Numbered from the stretch's first letter, positions 1 through 13,250 are shown. The stretch: 64,000 bases of DNA from Bugula neritina (GCA_964035545.1 OZ037768.1:4744741-4808740), one strand, 5' to 3'. The notes: generated by a model not told the origin, from the letters alone. Translations and numbers: made by a program.

Positions 1-229
1 TTTATAGTGAATATCTTGTATGGCACTAAGCTACTTGAACTGAACATAAGTTATTTAAATACAAAACTTTTAATTTTCTGCATAATAACTTTCTCTATAA
101 AATCTCAACTAGTATCAGTTTTCCACGGCCTGGCTTACTTATTATATTTTGATGCACAAGTTGTATAACTTAATTGAAACTCTAAGCTAAAAGTGTTGTC
201 GTTTGTTAACTGATGTTACTTGTACGCAG

Positions 230-2654
230 GGCATTGAGGAGTGAGCGATACATGGTGCACCTTAATCTCAGTATAGCCATGATATTTGCTCACGGTTCGT
301 ATCTTCTTGTTGACTTTGCCGAAGAAACATCAGTCATGTGTAAAGTTGCTGCCATCGCACAGCACTACTTCTTTGTGGTGTCCTATGCTTGGGTGCTGAT
401 GGAAGCCCTGTGGCTCTTCTATGCTGTAACCAACGGAACTCTCATGGGGAAAATGAAGTATTATGTTTTCTTTGGATGGGGTGAGTTATGAGTCAAAATA
501 TAGCAGTTGTCAAAACAAAAACTCGAAAGTGACAAGAAAGTTAAAACGTATTTCGCAAGTGACAGCAAAGCTAAAACAAAAGTTTCAAAACTAACATCAT
601 AATATTTTACAAGTTGTGTATTAAAGTTGAAAGAAATGTATGTGTTATGTTACAGTTGTGCCAGCTGGAATCGTCATCTTGTGTGTCAGCATGTACCTGA
701 ATAAGTATGGACTGAATGAGAAGTGCTGGCTGACGTATAATGACTACCTGATTCTTGCCATGCTGGTTCCCATTCTCTTCTGCTTGTTTGTAAGTCTGTA
801 AAATCAACAATATATTATAGCAATGTATTATGATAGTATAGTATAGCAATGTATTATAGCAATGTATTATGATAGTATAGTGCAGTATAGTATAGTATAG
901 CAGTAGCATTATATAACAAAGTATGACAAAATACTTAAATTTGCTTCCACTCTTTTAGATGTGTATTATGCCTGTTTGAAATTAATTAAAGTTAAAAATT
1001 TCTAGAATTGACATAGTTTTAGGCCGATCTACTGTTGAAAAATAGTTGACCATTTGTGATGAATATTTTAGTTGAATGCGTCTGCACTGTTGATAATAGT
1101 CTGCAACCTGCCTCAACCCACACTGAAGAGAGAAGATATTCTATCTGAAGTCCGGTGGGCGGTGTTCTTTGCCATGCTACTAGTGCCAGTTCTCTTCTTT
1201 ATATGGCTACTGGCTCTCATGGATGTGCTGAAAATAAAGACCTCTGATATTGTAATGCTGGTCTACACAGCCATCTTCTCACTGCAGGTCAGATTTTTAA
1301 TACTAAGCATGGTTAAAGAGGAGTATTATTGTCTTCTTGACTCTGATAAATGACTTGTCCAATAAAGTTCTCTAAGGTCAATACGTCAAGTTTTCTTATC
1401 TAAAATAGACATATCTAAGCCCACCACACGAGCTCTAAGGCAGTGTATATGATTATTTTAATTTCAAACTGTTACTCAATATATTTGCAGGGTTTCCTGA
1501 TGTTCCTAGTATACGGGGTGGGTCAGAGATCAGTCCGTATGGCAGTTATGAGACGCAAGTACCAGCCTGAATATCCTTCCTCGGCACTTCTTAGTCACAG
1601 TGAGTTGCATGTCTAGTGCAGAGTCGCCTTCCCTCTTCTAGACTTTATTGCCAACTAGAACTTTCTATTGAGACATGCATTATTTTAATTCATAACCAGT
1701 TGGAATTAATTATTTCAGCATGTAACCTGCCATCAATGTAATAGAACTTGTATTTAGTAATTATGAGTTGTCTACTTTGTATAGGAGGCAATAGTCCTGC
1801 CAGTAGTACGGATATTAGTCGAGCTGACTCGGCCTATGTGGAGGTGAAACCACAGCCAATGTCAAGGCCAACTTCTAGGTCTTCTAAGGAAAAGTCTGAC
1901 AACTCCTCAGATCGTACACAGACTCCAGTTACCAGCTTACACAATCGTCCTTCCTCAGCTGAATCTGAACGAGGGTGTAAGTTTAATTAAAATAACTTAC
2001 AATGTAGAAATTATATGACCTAAGCTAGTTATAATGGTTTAAAGTAACTTACAAGTTCACAGTATAAGTGTCTAGTATTATATTATGTAAAGTACTCTTG
2101 CAACGATGCTTCTGCTAATGGCAGTTACAGTCAACTAGGCTGTGGTTGCATTCAATCTTCACAGATGTTCATTTAATTGAATTTTTAAAAACACTTAGAT
2201 ATGAAACTACACCTCACCAAAATGACATGTCAAGATTATGAACTTAATTCAAAAACTTGCATATCCATAAAATAAACTTTGAAAACAAATAAACAATTGT
2301 ATTCAACAACATTGAAGAAAATATTTTAGCAACCTACCTCTTTTGCTCTCTCATATGACCTGTCTACTAGTACTTACTTATGCCAAGTGGCTGCAGTTAA
2401 GAGCTAGAGCCCTAGGCACAGCTTGTCTGCAAAAAGCTCTGAGTGTAGCGTAGCTCAATAGCTTTGCATAAATTTACTACAGCAGTGATTTTTCTGTGTG
2501 ACTTCTTAGACTACTGCAATAGAATTTTGTATTGTTTGACTCAGATACAGCATTTACTGTTTGAGTCACACACTTGAAGTATGTCAGAAGCTTACATGTG
2601 ATTTAGGTGTAACATCAAAACATGCTTTTTCCTTTATTTGCAGATATTTCATAA
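230..2654 (+). CDS. 3' part (about TM2-TM7 plus cytoplasmic tail) of a family B (secretin/adhesion-type) GPCR; 5' exons lie outside the window
   Basis: Phase-consistent GT-AG exons 230-480, 656-789, 1072-1287, 1491-1599, 1785-1976, 2644-2654. Family B motifs: HLNLSIA (TM2), C..AAIAQHYFF...YAWVLMEAL (TM3), GWVVP (TM4), KCWL (ECL2), FSLQGFLMF (TM7). Ser-rich tail ends ...SERGYIS*. Confidence 0.9.
813..905. repeat. Degenerate TATAG/TATTATAGCAATG tandem repeat in a GPCR intron
   Basis: Repeated units visible directly. Confidence 0.75.
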
Positions 2655-3862
2655 CAGACATGGTAGGAATCTTCAAGTTAGAGACAGAGTCTGTGTAAAT
2701 GCGAATATTTCACGCTAAGATAACTAAAAATTTATATTAATGCTTTTATTTTTGTATAAGGTCTATTTTTTAATCTAGGGCCATCAGTGCTCAATATTTC
2801 AATATCTTTGTGCCTTTCATTTTTCCATCCGTCTAGTCTGCCAGCATATACAGTATATATAACAACTATTAAATATGTATTATAATAAACTACTTCACTG
2901 TGTATTTATACCGATAACTTGGCAGTTACACAATGCTTGCAGCAGATTTGGAATGTGCAGAAGATACCATGGCAATTATTTTCTGCATATCATATTTGAA
3001 CACGGAGTTCTACTTCAACTACCTCAAATACCCAACAAACTGTATAACAGCATATTTTAATAAGTGGTGAATAAAGCAATACCCAGCTCAACAAAACTAA
3101 GCATAGGAGTATTAGCGTAAGGAAAACAATAATACCTGATGGAAAACAGTTTCTTGCCTTGTATTTAATACTTATAAGTAGTAAGAAAAAGGTAGGGGAA
3201 AAGTTTTTTATAGCAGAAGAAATACTAAGAAAAACGAGCAATGCTCAGACTTTTAAGTGGAATATTCTGAGAAAATCCATCAGAAGTTGGTGACAAATAG
3301 TAACACAGTGCAAGTAGCTGTTAGATGACCAATTAAGTCTTAATTATTAAGACTTTGTCTAAATAAAGCAATGTAAAAAACTATGTTTCATATAAAATAT
3401 AGGTAGAGTCAGTGGATTGAATGAAAAATGGTTGTCTAAAATTTGACCAATAAACACAGTGTGGTTTGAGTTGAATATAAAAGTGATAAATAATATGAAT
3501 CATAATATTTCTAAAGTAAACTGGGAGACTATCAATACTCGTAAATTAGCCTTATACTATTTCTATTAACCAGGGTCTAGAAAAAAAAATACAAAATTTT
3601 ACAATAGATGGTGAGCTAAGAAATTGCGGCTGGGATATAGCTCAGAGATTGTGACGCTATATATACGCCATGCATGATCAAGTGTAACTTTACACAAATT
3701 ATACCAATTATAAAACACAAATTTATTTATATACTTTCACTTCAGCTAAGTTTTAAGTTGCATGAAAGTTTATGTTAAATAACTCCTTACAGTGTTGAGT
3801 AAATTGATGGAGGGTGGAAGAATGTAAGATAATCCAGCAGTAAGAACTGACAGAGGAAGAAC

Positions 3863-6800
3863 TCATAAGCTGGTGTAGAATGTAGCTAATATACACACAG
3901 TAATGAAGTAGGTCCAGTGAGCTTGTAGACAACTTGAGTGATTAATCTGCTCTTTTCGAGGTTTCTTGCCGTTTACTGATACAGGCTTATCCGAATCTGC
4001 AACAGATTAGAGAAGACTAAATATCAATCATTTATAATAATCACAAGCCAGACTTGTATGGCAAGATCAACTTTACTATAGTATTGTACAGTATTGAATG
4101 TGAAGAAGTTGTCTTCTCAGTAGAACCAGCTAAAATGTTATATCTTATTCTAGTAGCAATAATATAAACCGGAGTTATGTGCCAAGGATGTGTTATTGAA
4201 GTGACAAGCCAACTCATGCCTTCTATTTCATTCATTGAGTATTGAGCATTGTCTAGTAGCGGCTATTCAACACAGCATAAGTTTATGCATGACTTGCATT
4301 ACTTTTACAATATGTAAGGGAGATGCTATATAACACTTACTTTATGTAACCTATTGCTAAGACCAAACATTCATTTACCTGAACTATTATGCACAAACTT
4401 CACACAAGCTCAAAGTAACAGTATTTTTGCTAACAACTAATAGAAAGCCACACTAAGAATTTAGTTCAACTACAGCACTAGCCACCATAAATAACATAGT
4501 TATAATAATTTATTAAACATGATCCTGTCACTCTTTGTAAAAAATGGTCGAAATAGATAAACCACAAAACGTGACCACTGGACTGGGAAATGAAACTTTA
4601 GGAATCTCTACACAACACTAGAACATCACTCTGGAGCATGATAATTGAATTATGTAGAAGCATGCATTTGCTAGGAGATATTTAATGGAACCGGAGGGCA
4701 CAAAACAATACAAATATGTAAACAATGATAAGCAGGCCAGCATATACAAACCTCCACTCCTTTATTGGAGTACAAGTGTGAGAGTTTATGTGGATATGAT
4801 ATGCTGTGAGGACTATAACCTCACTATGCCCACCTCCACAGCATAGTAACTCAATGCTCATTATAACATTGTAAAAGGCATTCAAGTTCACAATAAAAGG
4901 TATTATTTTTCCTGTGAGGTCATAGACTAAAGGAAAATATTATGTTAATAATACAGGAATGCAACTTGATTCATTAATTACTACATGTCAGTTACAGTGA
5001 CTGACTAGTGCAGTGTGTCACAGCAGTACGTCACAACAGTATGTCACTGCATTAGGTCACATAAGTATGTCACATAAGTATGTCACAGAAGTATGTCACA
5101 GAAGTATGTCACAGAAGTATGTCACAAGTAAGCTTCCTGTTTATTTACTTTTCTTCCTGCTTGCCGATACAATACGCAGATAATGAAAAAAAACTTGCTG
5201 AACTCCGAAATGAAAGTCAAGTAGAAGCCAGTGTTAGAAAGTACCTGCTAAGTCTAGCAGGTACTTTCTAACACTGTGTTGTGTTTTTGAAGATCAACCA
5301 ACTAGTCAAAGTGAATGCTAATCCAAGAAAAATAAACTGTAAACAAAATATGAAGCAATGCTGACACACACTACTGTGTCCCTCACAGACCACACAATGT
5401 AATACCTTGGACAGAGATGCAAGCTTCATTTTCTCCCAACGCGTTTTCATAGACACAACAAAAGGACCTTGAAAAGTCTGCTTCTTGGACAGGCTCTATA
5501 ACCAGAGTGGTGATTATTGAAGCAGCTGCATTGGTGGTGTTAGTATAACTGTACCTAGTCGTGTCATCATTTATTTCTTCAACTTCACCAGCCCTACAAG
5601 TTTATAAAAATACATTTTATTACACAAGGTAAAACACATTAAATACATTGAAAGATTGTTATTGGTTTTCTACAAGATTATTTAGCAGAGGTTCTTTCTT
5701 GTATTGTCTAGTTTGACAAATTTATGCAGTTTCCATTCAGCACTCATAAACTGCCGCAATAAGTTGCGCGTGAAGCTATGTGCTTGCACAGATGAGAATA
5801 GTGAGCAACAGCATCAGAATAATAAAATAATTAGTCAATTCTATTAATAGGGCTAGTGGAGAGAAACTATTTGCTAATTAATTAATTATTCTGCATATTA
5901 TTGAACCAAACTGTAAACTACTTTACAAGTGACTGACTACATAGTTATTCTAACCAAACCTTCTCAACAGATTTATTTATCGCTGAATATCAGATCAAAA
6001 ACATCAAACTTATTGAAAGAGGCGACTTCAATGAACAAAATAGTTAGAATAAAGTGATCACAAAACTAAAATTTATTGAGTCTTAAAAATTTAGATTAAA
6101 AAATAAACTAGTGTAAAAACCCTTAAAACTAAACCTATTAGAACTACAGAAAACAGCTATTTGAGAGTTAATATTGGATACAATACACACTTGAAAAACT
6201 CTCAATACATCAGTTAGTAGTATCAGTGAGTAGTATAGTGAGTAGTATCAGTGAGTAGTATAGTGAGTAGTATAGTGAGTAGTATAGTGAGTAGTACAGT
6301 GAGTAGTACAGTGAGTAGTATAGTGAGTAGTATAGTGAGTCGTATAGTGAGTAGTATAGTGAGTAGTATAGTGAGTAGTACAGTGAGTAGTATAGTGAGT
6401 AGTATAGTGAGTAGTACAGTGAGTATTATAGTGAGTAGTATAGTGAGTAGTATAGTGAGTAGTATAGTGAGTAGTATAGTAAGTAGTACAGTGAGTAGTA
6501 TAGTAAGTAGTATCTGTTAGTAATAGCAAGACAGGGAGTAACAGTATCTTACTCGGAGTGTTTCAGAGGTCTGTAGTACCATCTAACGTTTAGTAGAACA
6601 GGTAGGGAAGGAGGTGCAACACAACGCAACTCGGTGTGATATCCCACCATCTGATTAACTATGAGGGTGTGAACTGTAACCACTGGTTTATCTGAAGTAA
6701 TATTACAGTGAAATCATGGAACACATGCTGAGTAAATTACACACACTAATTACAGTAGCTCACACAGCAATAATATACATATAATATCCACTGAGTAATA

Positions 6801-9678
6801 TACAGTATATTATCTACAGTGAGAAAGTGATGCAGCATGTAGTCCTGTACAGTTGATAGCATGTGAGGAGTATACATTAGTTTATGCTAAGAATAAATGT
6901 TTACATATACACAGTTTAACAAATATACATATATCATACATGTATGCATGATGTGGTTTAATTATCTAGGAATAAGTTTAGGACAGTAAATTGTTGATGA
7001 CTCATTGTTATGGTGAAGTGATAAAGCCTTTCACTGCAATTGACCTCAAAGTGAAATATATGCATACTGCAGCACGTATTCATTGAGTCACTGATTCACA
7101 TCAAGTGGTAGTTTGATAACACTACTGGAAACTCATTGTAAGCATAACAATACAAGAGCAAATATAACTACAGTTAGGAACTAGAGTTAGGAACTACAGT
7201 GAGTAACTACAGTTAGGAACTACAGTTAGGAACTAGAGTTAGGAACTGCAGTGTAGGAAGTGTAGGTGTATCAACGTACGTAATACTGTGACTGTCGCTG
7301 TCCTTGACACAGGGGAAGTCACTCTATTCCAAGCTGAACATTGGTAAGTCGCAGAATCTGTAGATGTTATATTCTTTAGAACTAAATTACCATCTGGGCT
7401 CTACAAAACCCCTTCCAACATAAATGTCAAAAAACAAGGCGGAATGAAGTGCTAGACCACATGTGATGTACTAATAAACTCATCACAACCAACACGTTGA
7501 TGTAAATGAAAACCAGGTAAACAGATTTACTCTGTGAATGAGGCCTCCGCCCAGTGACGCTGCCAGAGCTCTGTCATCAGTTCTGCTCCACTCCACGGTG
7601 GGTCTGGGAAGACCGATGGTGGGGCAGGAGAGAATTATTGTATCCCCTTCCTCCACTGTCTCGTCTTCCAATACTGCGGTGATTTCTACTGGACCTGCAG
7701 AGAAATAATTTCTTTAAATATGGCAGCGAAACAAAACAATATTATTTACAAATGCTGTAGCTTAAAATATCAAGTAAAAAGTTAAACTATCAGTGGTTAA
7801 ATACAAGTTGCAGTATAACTTTAAAAAAAAAGAAGTGAAGTTAAATCAACTGGAAGAATGTTTAAGTTTTTGTGTATTTATGATAAGTGTTGTGTACAAT
7901 ACAGGATATGAATTTGCAACTTCAGTTAAATGTGACTCAATAATTTTGAAAACCAATCATACCCAGTAAACTGTTAATACAAAAAATCAACTCTAAGACT
8001 TTAAAAACAAACTTTTTGTATACCAAATACAAATGAAAAATCGAAACTATATTACTGTATACTAGCTCTGATTGGAGAAAATCCTGATTATTAAATTTTC
8101 TTGTTGTTACTTTCAGTGGCTAACACAAAACTATTGGTAATAACTGAAAATAGTAGATACTCATGAATATTAAAATTAAGATGAAAGTGCACGAAAATGG
8201 GAATTTATCTATTACTTTACTTTGAATACAATACAAATACTGATGTTTAAAATACTACATGTACATGCATGTGAGAAGTGTTACACCTTTGACATATGCA
8301 TAATAAGAAGCAGATACCTAGTACTGCTTTGAAAAAGTGTCACTAATGGACTTTAGTTTACATGATTATCACACACTATTAATTGTTGCAAAGGATAAGA
8401 ACTAGGAACATAAATAGGTTAAAGTATAATCACTGGCAATTGTCACAGTCATATACCAACCCAAACCTACAATATCAGATTTTAGCAAATAGGTTTTTAG
8501 TATAATTATACTTCTGCAGCCCCTAAATAATTTGATCTCAATAGTAACCACCAACTGCATTTACTGCAACTCTTATAACAAATAGCTAATGGTTTGTCAT
8601 ACTGAACCAGGAAAAAATTATTTCTCTACAGTACGCTACAATTTCGAATTAGACTTTTAAAATAAGAATCAAACAAATGGAAACGAAACTCCAAGGACAT
8701 TCATAGTCTGTATTTGGACAACTGTACTACAAAATTGCATTAGCTGCATATGTTTCAAATGAATTAAAACTACTGCAGTGCCTATACTGTTATGGAGAAT
8801 GGCTAATTCAGTTACTTAGCACATGATCAGTATAACTGCTTTTTGAGGAAGTTGAAGTTAATTGGCTAAAATTGCTTTTGAGCACCAGGAATAGTATTTA
8901 ACTATTATTATATAATTATATTAACTGTTATATACTTCTGCACTGAGTTAATCTGTTAACATGGTTGCCAGGAGAAATGGCAGCTGATAGGCTTGAGCTG
9001 ACAGATCTCAAAAAGAGTCAGTAAAATTCCTTCCAGTGTGCAGTTATCAGTTGCAAGTTACCTGCTAGTAGAATTTAGAGTTACTAGTAGCTACTTACTC
9101 ACAAAAGATATTTCAATGCTCCGATTGATATACGAATGTATGAGGGTCTTATTAACGTCGAGATTTACAGTCAGCACTTCACATTTAAACCATATTTTCG
9201 GACTATCTGAGTTGCTGTAATAAGAAGATTGTAGTTGATCCACTATGAGACTCACACTACCATTCTCAGGGCTATATTGAGAAATTTCTTCAGGAATAGC
9301 TTGAAAGCCCGGCTCTGTTTTATCTTTGTTAAAAATGTATGAAGGTGATGTAGGCGACCCAGAACTCCATTTCACCTACAAAGGAACAAAAGTGACAAAT
9401 TTTTAAAAAATAGCTAATGTTATAAACAAAGCAAAGGTATCAAACTTATTGCAAGTAAAGAAATATACTCACCTCTGCATAGTCATATGTAAAATCAGCA
9501 TTTACATAAAAACAAGTTATGTTAAAAGGTGTTGTAGGAGAGATGTCATACGTGTTGCTTTCAGCATTAAAAGTAGCTGTAGTAGTAATATTAGCCATAT
9601 CATAATAAACATTCTTCCATGCTGTCACTCCCAGAACTAACAGCTGATTGAGGAGAAAACTGATCAAACAGCTCCGCA
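3863..9678 (-). CDS. IgA: 3-Ig-domain (V-like, I/C2, Cys-rich Ig) surface protein with signal peptide and GPI-like tail, about 409 aa; first exon uncertain
   Basis: Exons 9473-9678, 9099-9375, 7531-7694, 7280-7400, 6553-6691, 5406-5593, 3863-3996, all phase-compatible and open. Ig motifs: LSC...P.P.VEW and LVLKNITSTDSATYQCSAWN. Tail ...HWTYFITVCILATFYTSL*. The start is either a split A|TG (A at 10162) or ATG-TTG-TAC-G at 10849-10840. Confidence 0.85.
5035..5127. repeat. 13-bp minisatellite (GAAGTATGTCACA)n
   Basis: About 6-7 units, degenerate at the 5' side; lies in an IgA intron. Confidence 0.85.
6224..6512. repeat. 12-bp minisatellite (AGTGAGTAGTAY)n
   Basis: More than 20 near-identical units in an IgA intron; explains the spurious ORFs 6248-6529 and 6251-6520. 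Confidence 0.95.
7167..7250. repeat. 13-bp minisatellite (AACTACAGTTAGG)n
   Basis: About 6 units in an IgA intron. Confidence 0.85.
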
Positions 9679-11725
9679 CTGCAAAATAACCATCTCCTAA
9701 GAAAATTTCATTACAATATAGCAATAAACTATGTGTATAACTTGCAAAATATCATTTCTAGTACACCAAACTGTACATACAAACATACAAGTGTTTTATT
9801 ATGAGCCAGAAGTGCAGTTTTAGGTGGAAAACAAGTTGGTAGCCAGTCACCTCAAGTAAGAAGGCCTGTCAGCTAAACAACTGATACCACTATTCTGAAT
9901 GGTAAAACATCATTACTTATTTTTTTAGGAGCTACGTTCTTATAAAGTAAAGCCATCAGACAACATTGCTCTGAATACTTACATGAAAACCGTTTATTTC
10001 TCTGAAACAAGTACATAGCTACAGCATTAGTTGAGCCCTTGGAGTCTTTCACATCCTTGAGTCTGACTACAAAATATATCAAAGTTTTGCTATAGCATAA
10101 TTAACACTATGCTTAACTTTTCATTATATAAACTACATAAAGTATTATGTAAATTACTTACTCTAATTTTCTAATCTCCCTCGTAATTTCAACTACTATT
10201 GATATTTATACTGAGATCAGTATTGTCAGAATTAATAAAAACTTAATGAAAAAAGCTATTGTATGCCTTGAGACAGATGATAAAGATACTTATACTTATA
10301 TTGATAAGGCCCTAAATATTATAACGGTTATTATAATCACATTATTTATCAATTTTGCTGCGACACTTACCAGCAATTTAATGAGTGACTGTGATACCCA
10401 CTATCACCATGAGTATGAAGTATATAATAATCTTAACTCTAAACAATCAGCAAATGATTTATGATTGTAATAATATTGATTTTACTACTACTTAGTGCTC
10501 AAAGTTAAAGTGTTCATGGGGTATGCAGTGCCCTTGCCAGTCTTTCTTGGAACCCTTCAACTTAACATTACCCCCACAGTTTTTCCAACTCTTTAATTTT
10601 TCTAAGACTAATACCATTTATGAGACAGCTTAATAACTGAGCTGGCTTGAAAGGTCAAAGTTTCAAATTTCAAGCCAGTTCAGTTACTAAATTTAAACTG
10701 CGACTGAGTCAGTGTCACATATTAATAGTATTAGTATTACTATAACTATAAAATTTACTTTTAGTGGTACTATTACTATTAGTATTATATTTAGTTTCAA
10801 CAATACATTTACGGATACTATGAGTATGTCTATACTTACCGTACAACATAAACATTAAGCTTAACTTATAAAAACGAAATTAGATATAAATAATTATAAT
10901 ATTACAACTTAATCTTATAATTATTATAAGTTATAACTTAAACTTATAAGTCTAACTCTAAGATTAAGTATTTACTATTCAACTATAAAATTAAGTATAA
11001 TAATCACTATAACAGTATAAGACTAAGTTACACTAAATCTAATAGTAATAGTAATATAAATATTAAATTTAATAGTAATACTAATACTAATAGTAATAGT
11101 AATACTAATACTAATAGTAATACTAATAGTAATACTAAGTCTAATAGTAATACTAACACTATTAGTGTATTAGAATTAGTAAATGCAATACTCATAGTCA
11201 TACTGTAAGACTACGTGTATTACTATTAGTATTAGTATATCTTAAACTCTATCAATATAAATATGAATATTCAGAATCATAATGATATTGAATATCAAAA
11301 TGAAAACGCCTTTTGAAAATGTATAACTTGAGTAAACTTCTTGATCTAGGCCTAGGCTTATAGTAGATGACTGATGAGTGATGAGGATAAATATAAATGT
11401 TACCACAACTAACGTCAAATGTTATTTATTCTAGTATAAAAGTATAGGTATAAAACAAAGTAATATTTTGGTATTGAAAAAAATAGTAGATAATAATAAT
11501 CCAAATACTGAAATAGCCCTCATGATGACGATGATGAAGCTAGTGGCAGTGTTGTAGCATCTACAATTACTTTACTAATAGCGGATCGTCAAACGCAGCA
11601 CAAATTCTGGAGTCACCGAGTGCAGCATTTATAGAAGCTCGATTGCCCATATGCCAAACTCGAGACTCCTGCACTAAAACTTGGTGCTGCATCAGGCAAA
11701 TTCTCTCACGCTAACTAGCTCTCAG

Positions 11726-12991
11726 TAAAGCTACATGTACACAGGCCGATTTTTCATGAAAATCGGCCGATAAACTGTTAGCGATTTTTTAGGATTTTTG
11801 AAAAATCGGCGATTTTTGCTTTTGGCCGATTTTTGAAGCGATTTTCAAAATTGAACATGTTCAATTTTTCGCCGATTTTCTGTGGAACCAGCCAATCAAA
11901 AAGTGGCAGAAAATTATGACAGCGAGCAAAGTTAACACCATTGTTGAAATACAACCAGGAAGTAATTAATACGTTGCTATCACTATGATACATCATATAT
12001 AAAATACAAATAACTAAAATAACTATCAATAGCAGTAGTAGCAATAATAACAACGCATTGGTTGTTGTGAAAGTTAGTTTCACTTTCGTGGAAATTCATT
12101 AAATTTTGCTCTCTTTTAAAAATACAAATATTATTATTCTTAACTTTTATTCATGTAAAATATAATTTATAACTTGTAGTTTATAGGTTGTTGTTTTTAT
12201 ATTCATGTAACCAGTATTAGTATGAGATTGAGCATCTCAACTTTACGATTTAAATATTTTCTTAGAGAGAAGATTTGCCGTGCTCTACAATTTTCATTAC
12301 CTGTATAAACAATAACGCTTGAGTTAAACTTCTAGTTTTAAACTAAATAGCTTAAAAAAAATTGATAAGTGATGTTAATAGTGTAGCTTAGTGATTTATG
12401 GATAATTATAGATAATAAATATGGTTAAATAGAAAGCTACCAAGCCAGCTATTTGCTTTTTGATTTAATACTAAAATTAGTGATACGTTTTTACGCAATT
12501 TTCAAATGCAGCAAGCTGCTAACAAATTATACGTGGCCAGTTTACTTTTTTCATTTTTTGTTTATTAGAGTATCAGAATAAACATATTGCTTTTTTAAAT
12601 AGAACACTGGTATTATTCTCAACTTTCATTTATAATACAATTTATAACTTGTTGTTTTACTTTTTATATTCATGTAACCAGTATCAGCATCTTAACTTTA
12701 CAGTTTAATTTTTTGTTGACAGTTTCTAGCCATTTCACTTGTGAAAATAACGTATATAAAATGCCGATGTATGTTTACTATGCTAATGCACATGCAACTA
12801 ATCTTGACCTTTGCTTATGAACCTAAAAGAAAGTTATATAGACCGAGAACCATCCGCCAGTAAAACGAAAGCAGGAAAATAACGCGGGAAATAAAATCGC
12901 CTAGAAAATCGGCTGATTTTTCAATCAGCAATAGCGAAATCGACAAGCACAAAATCGGCTGAAAAAATCGACCTGTGTACATGTAGCTTTA
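11726..12991. mobile_element. Non-autonomous DNA transposon (about 1.27 kb), PIF/Harbinger-like or TA-target type
   Basis: Perfect 20-bp terminal inverted repeats TAAAGCTACATGTACACAGG / CCTGTGTACATGTAGCTTTA. Many subterminal AATCGGC/GCCGATT motifs at both ends. No transposase ORF. Confidence 0.85.
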
Positions 12992-13006
12992 GTCGCAAGC
13001 CTAAGG

Positions 13007-13250
13007 CAGGGGTGGGCAATTTCTTTTACACGAGGGCCACGTTCAGAGGTTAGCCAAAACGAAAGGCCACATGAGTGTACACATAATAAATAATAATTTA
13101 TGTACACATAAAAAAATTAATAAAGCATTTTGTAACAAACTTATGCTGTGCTGATCAGAACACATATAACATTTTTACTCATCTCAAGCATTAAGAGGGC
13201 CACTGAAAAATTGGCAAAGGCCACAGGTGACCCCCAGTTGCCCACCCTTG
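13007..13250. mobile_element. hAT (Charlie-like) MITE
   Basis: TIRs CAGGGGTGGGCAA / TTGCCCACCCTTG. The 8-bp flanks GCCTAAGG and CTCTAAGG match 6/8, consistent with a hAT target-site duplication. Confidence 0.8.

Noticed and set aside
607-909. 100-aa minus-strand ORF
   Set aside because: Antisense to a GPCR exon plus a simple repeat.
4041-4130. Possible third IgA terminal exon (AGSTEKTTSS...YKSGL*)
   Set aside because: An in-phase acceptor exists, but there is no clear anchor signal, no in-phase donor and no paralog support.
6248-6529. Repetitive THYT/VSSI ORFs and a superficially array-like repeat
   Set aside because: A 12-bp intronic minisatellite. It has no unique spacers, so it is not CRISPR, and it is not a protein.
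11778-12083. 101-aa ORF inside the TIR element
   Set aside because: No transposase motifs; low-complexity and subterminal repeat sequence.
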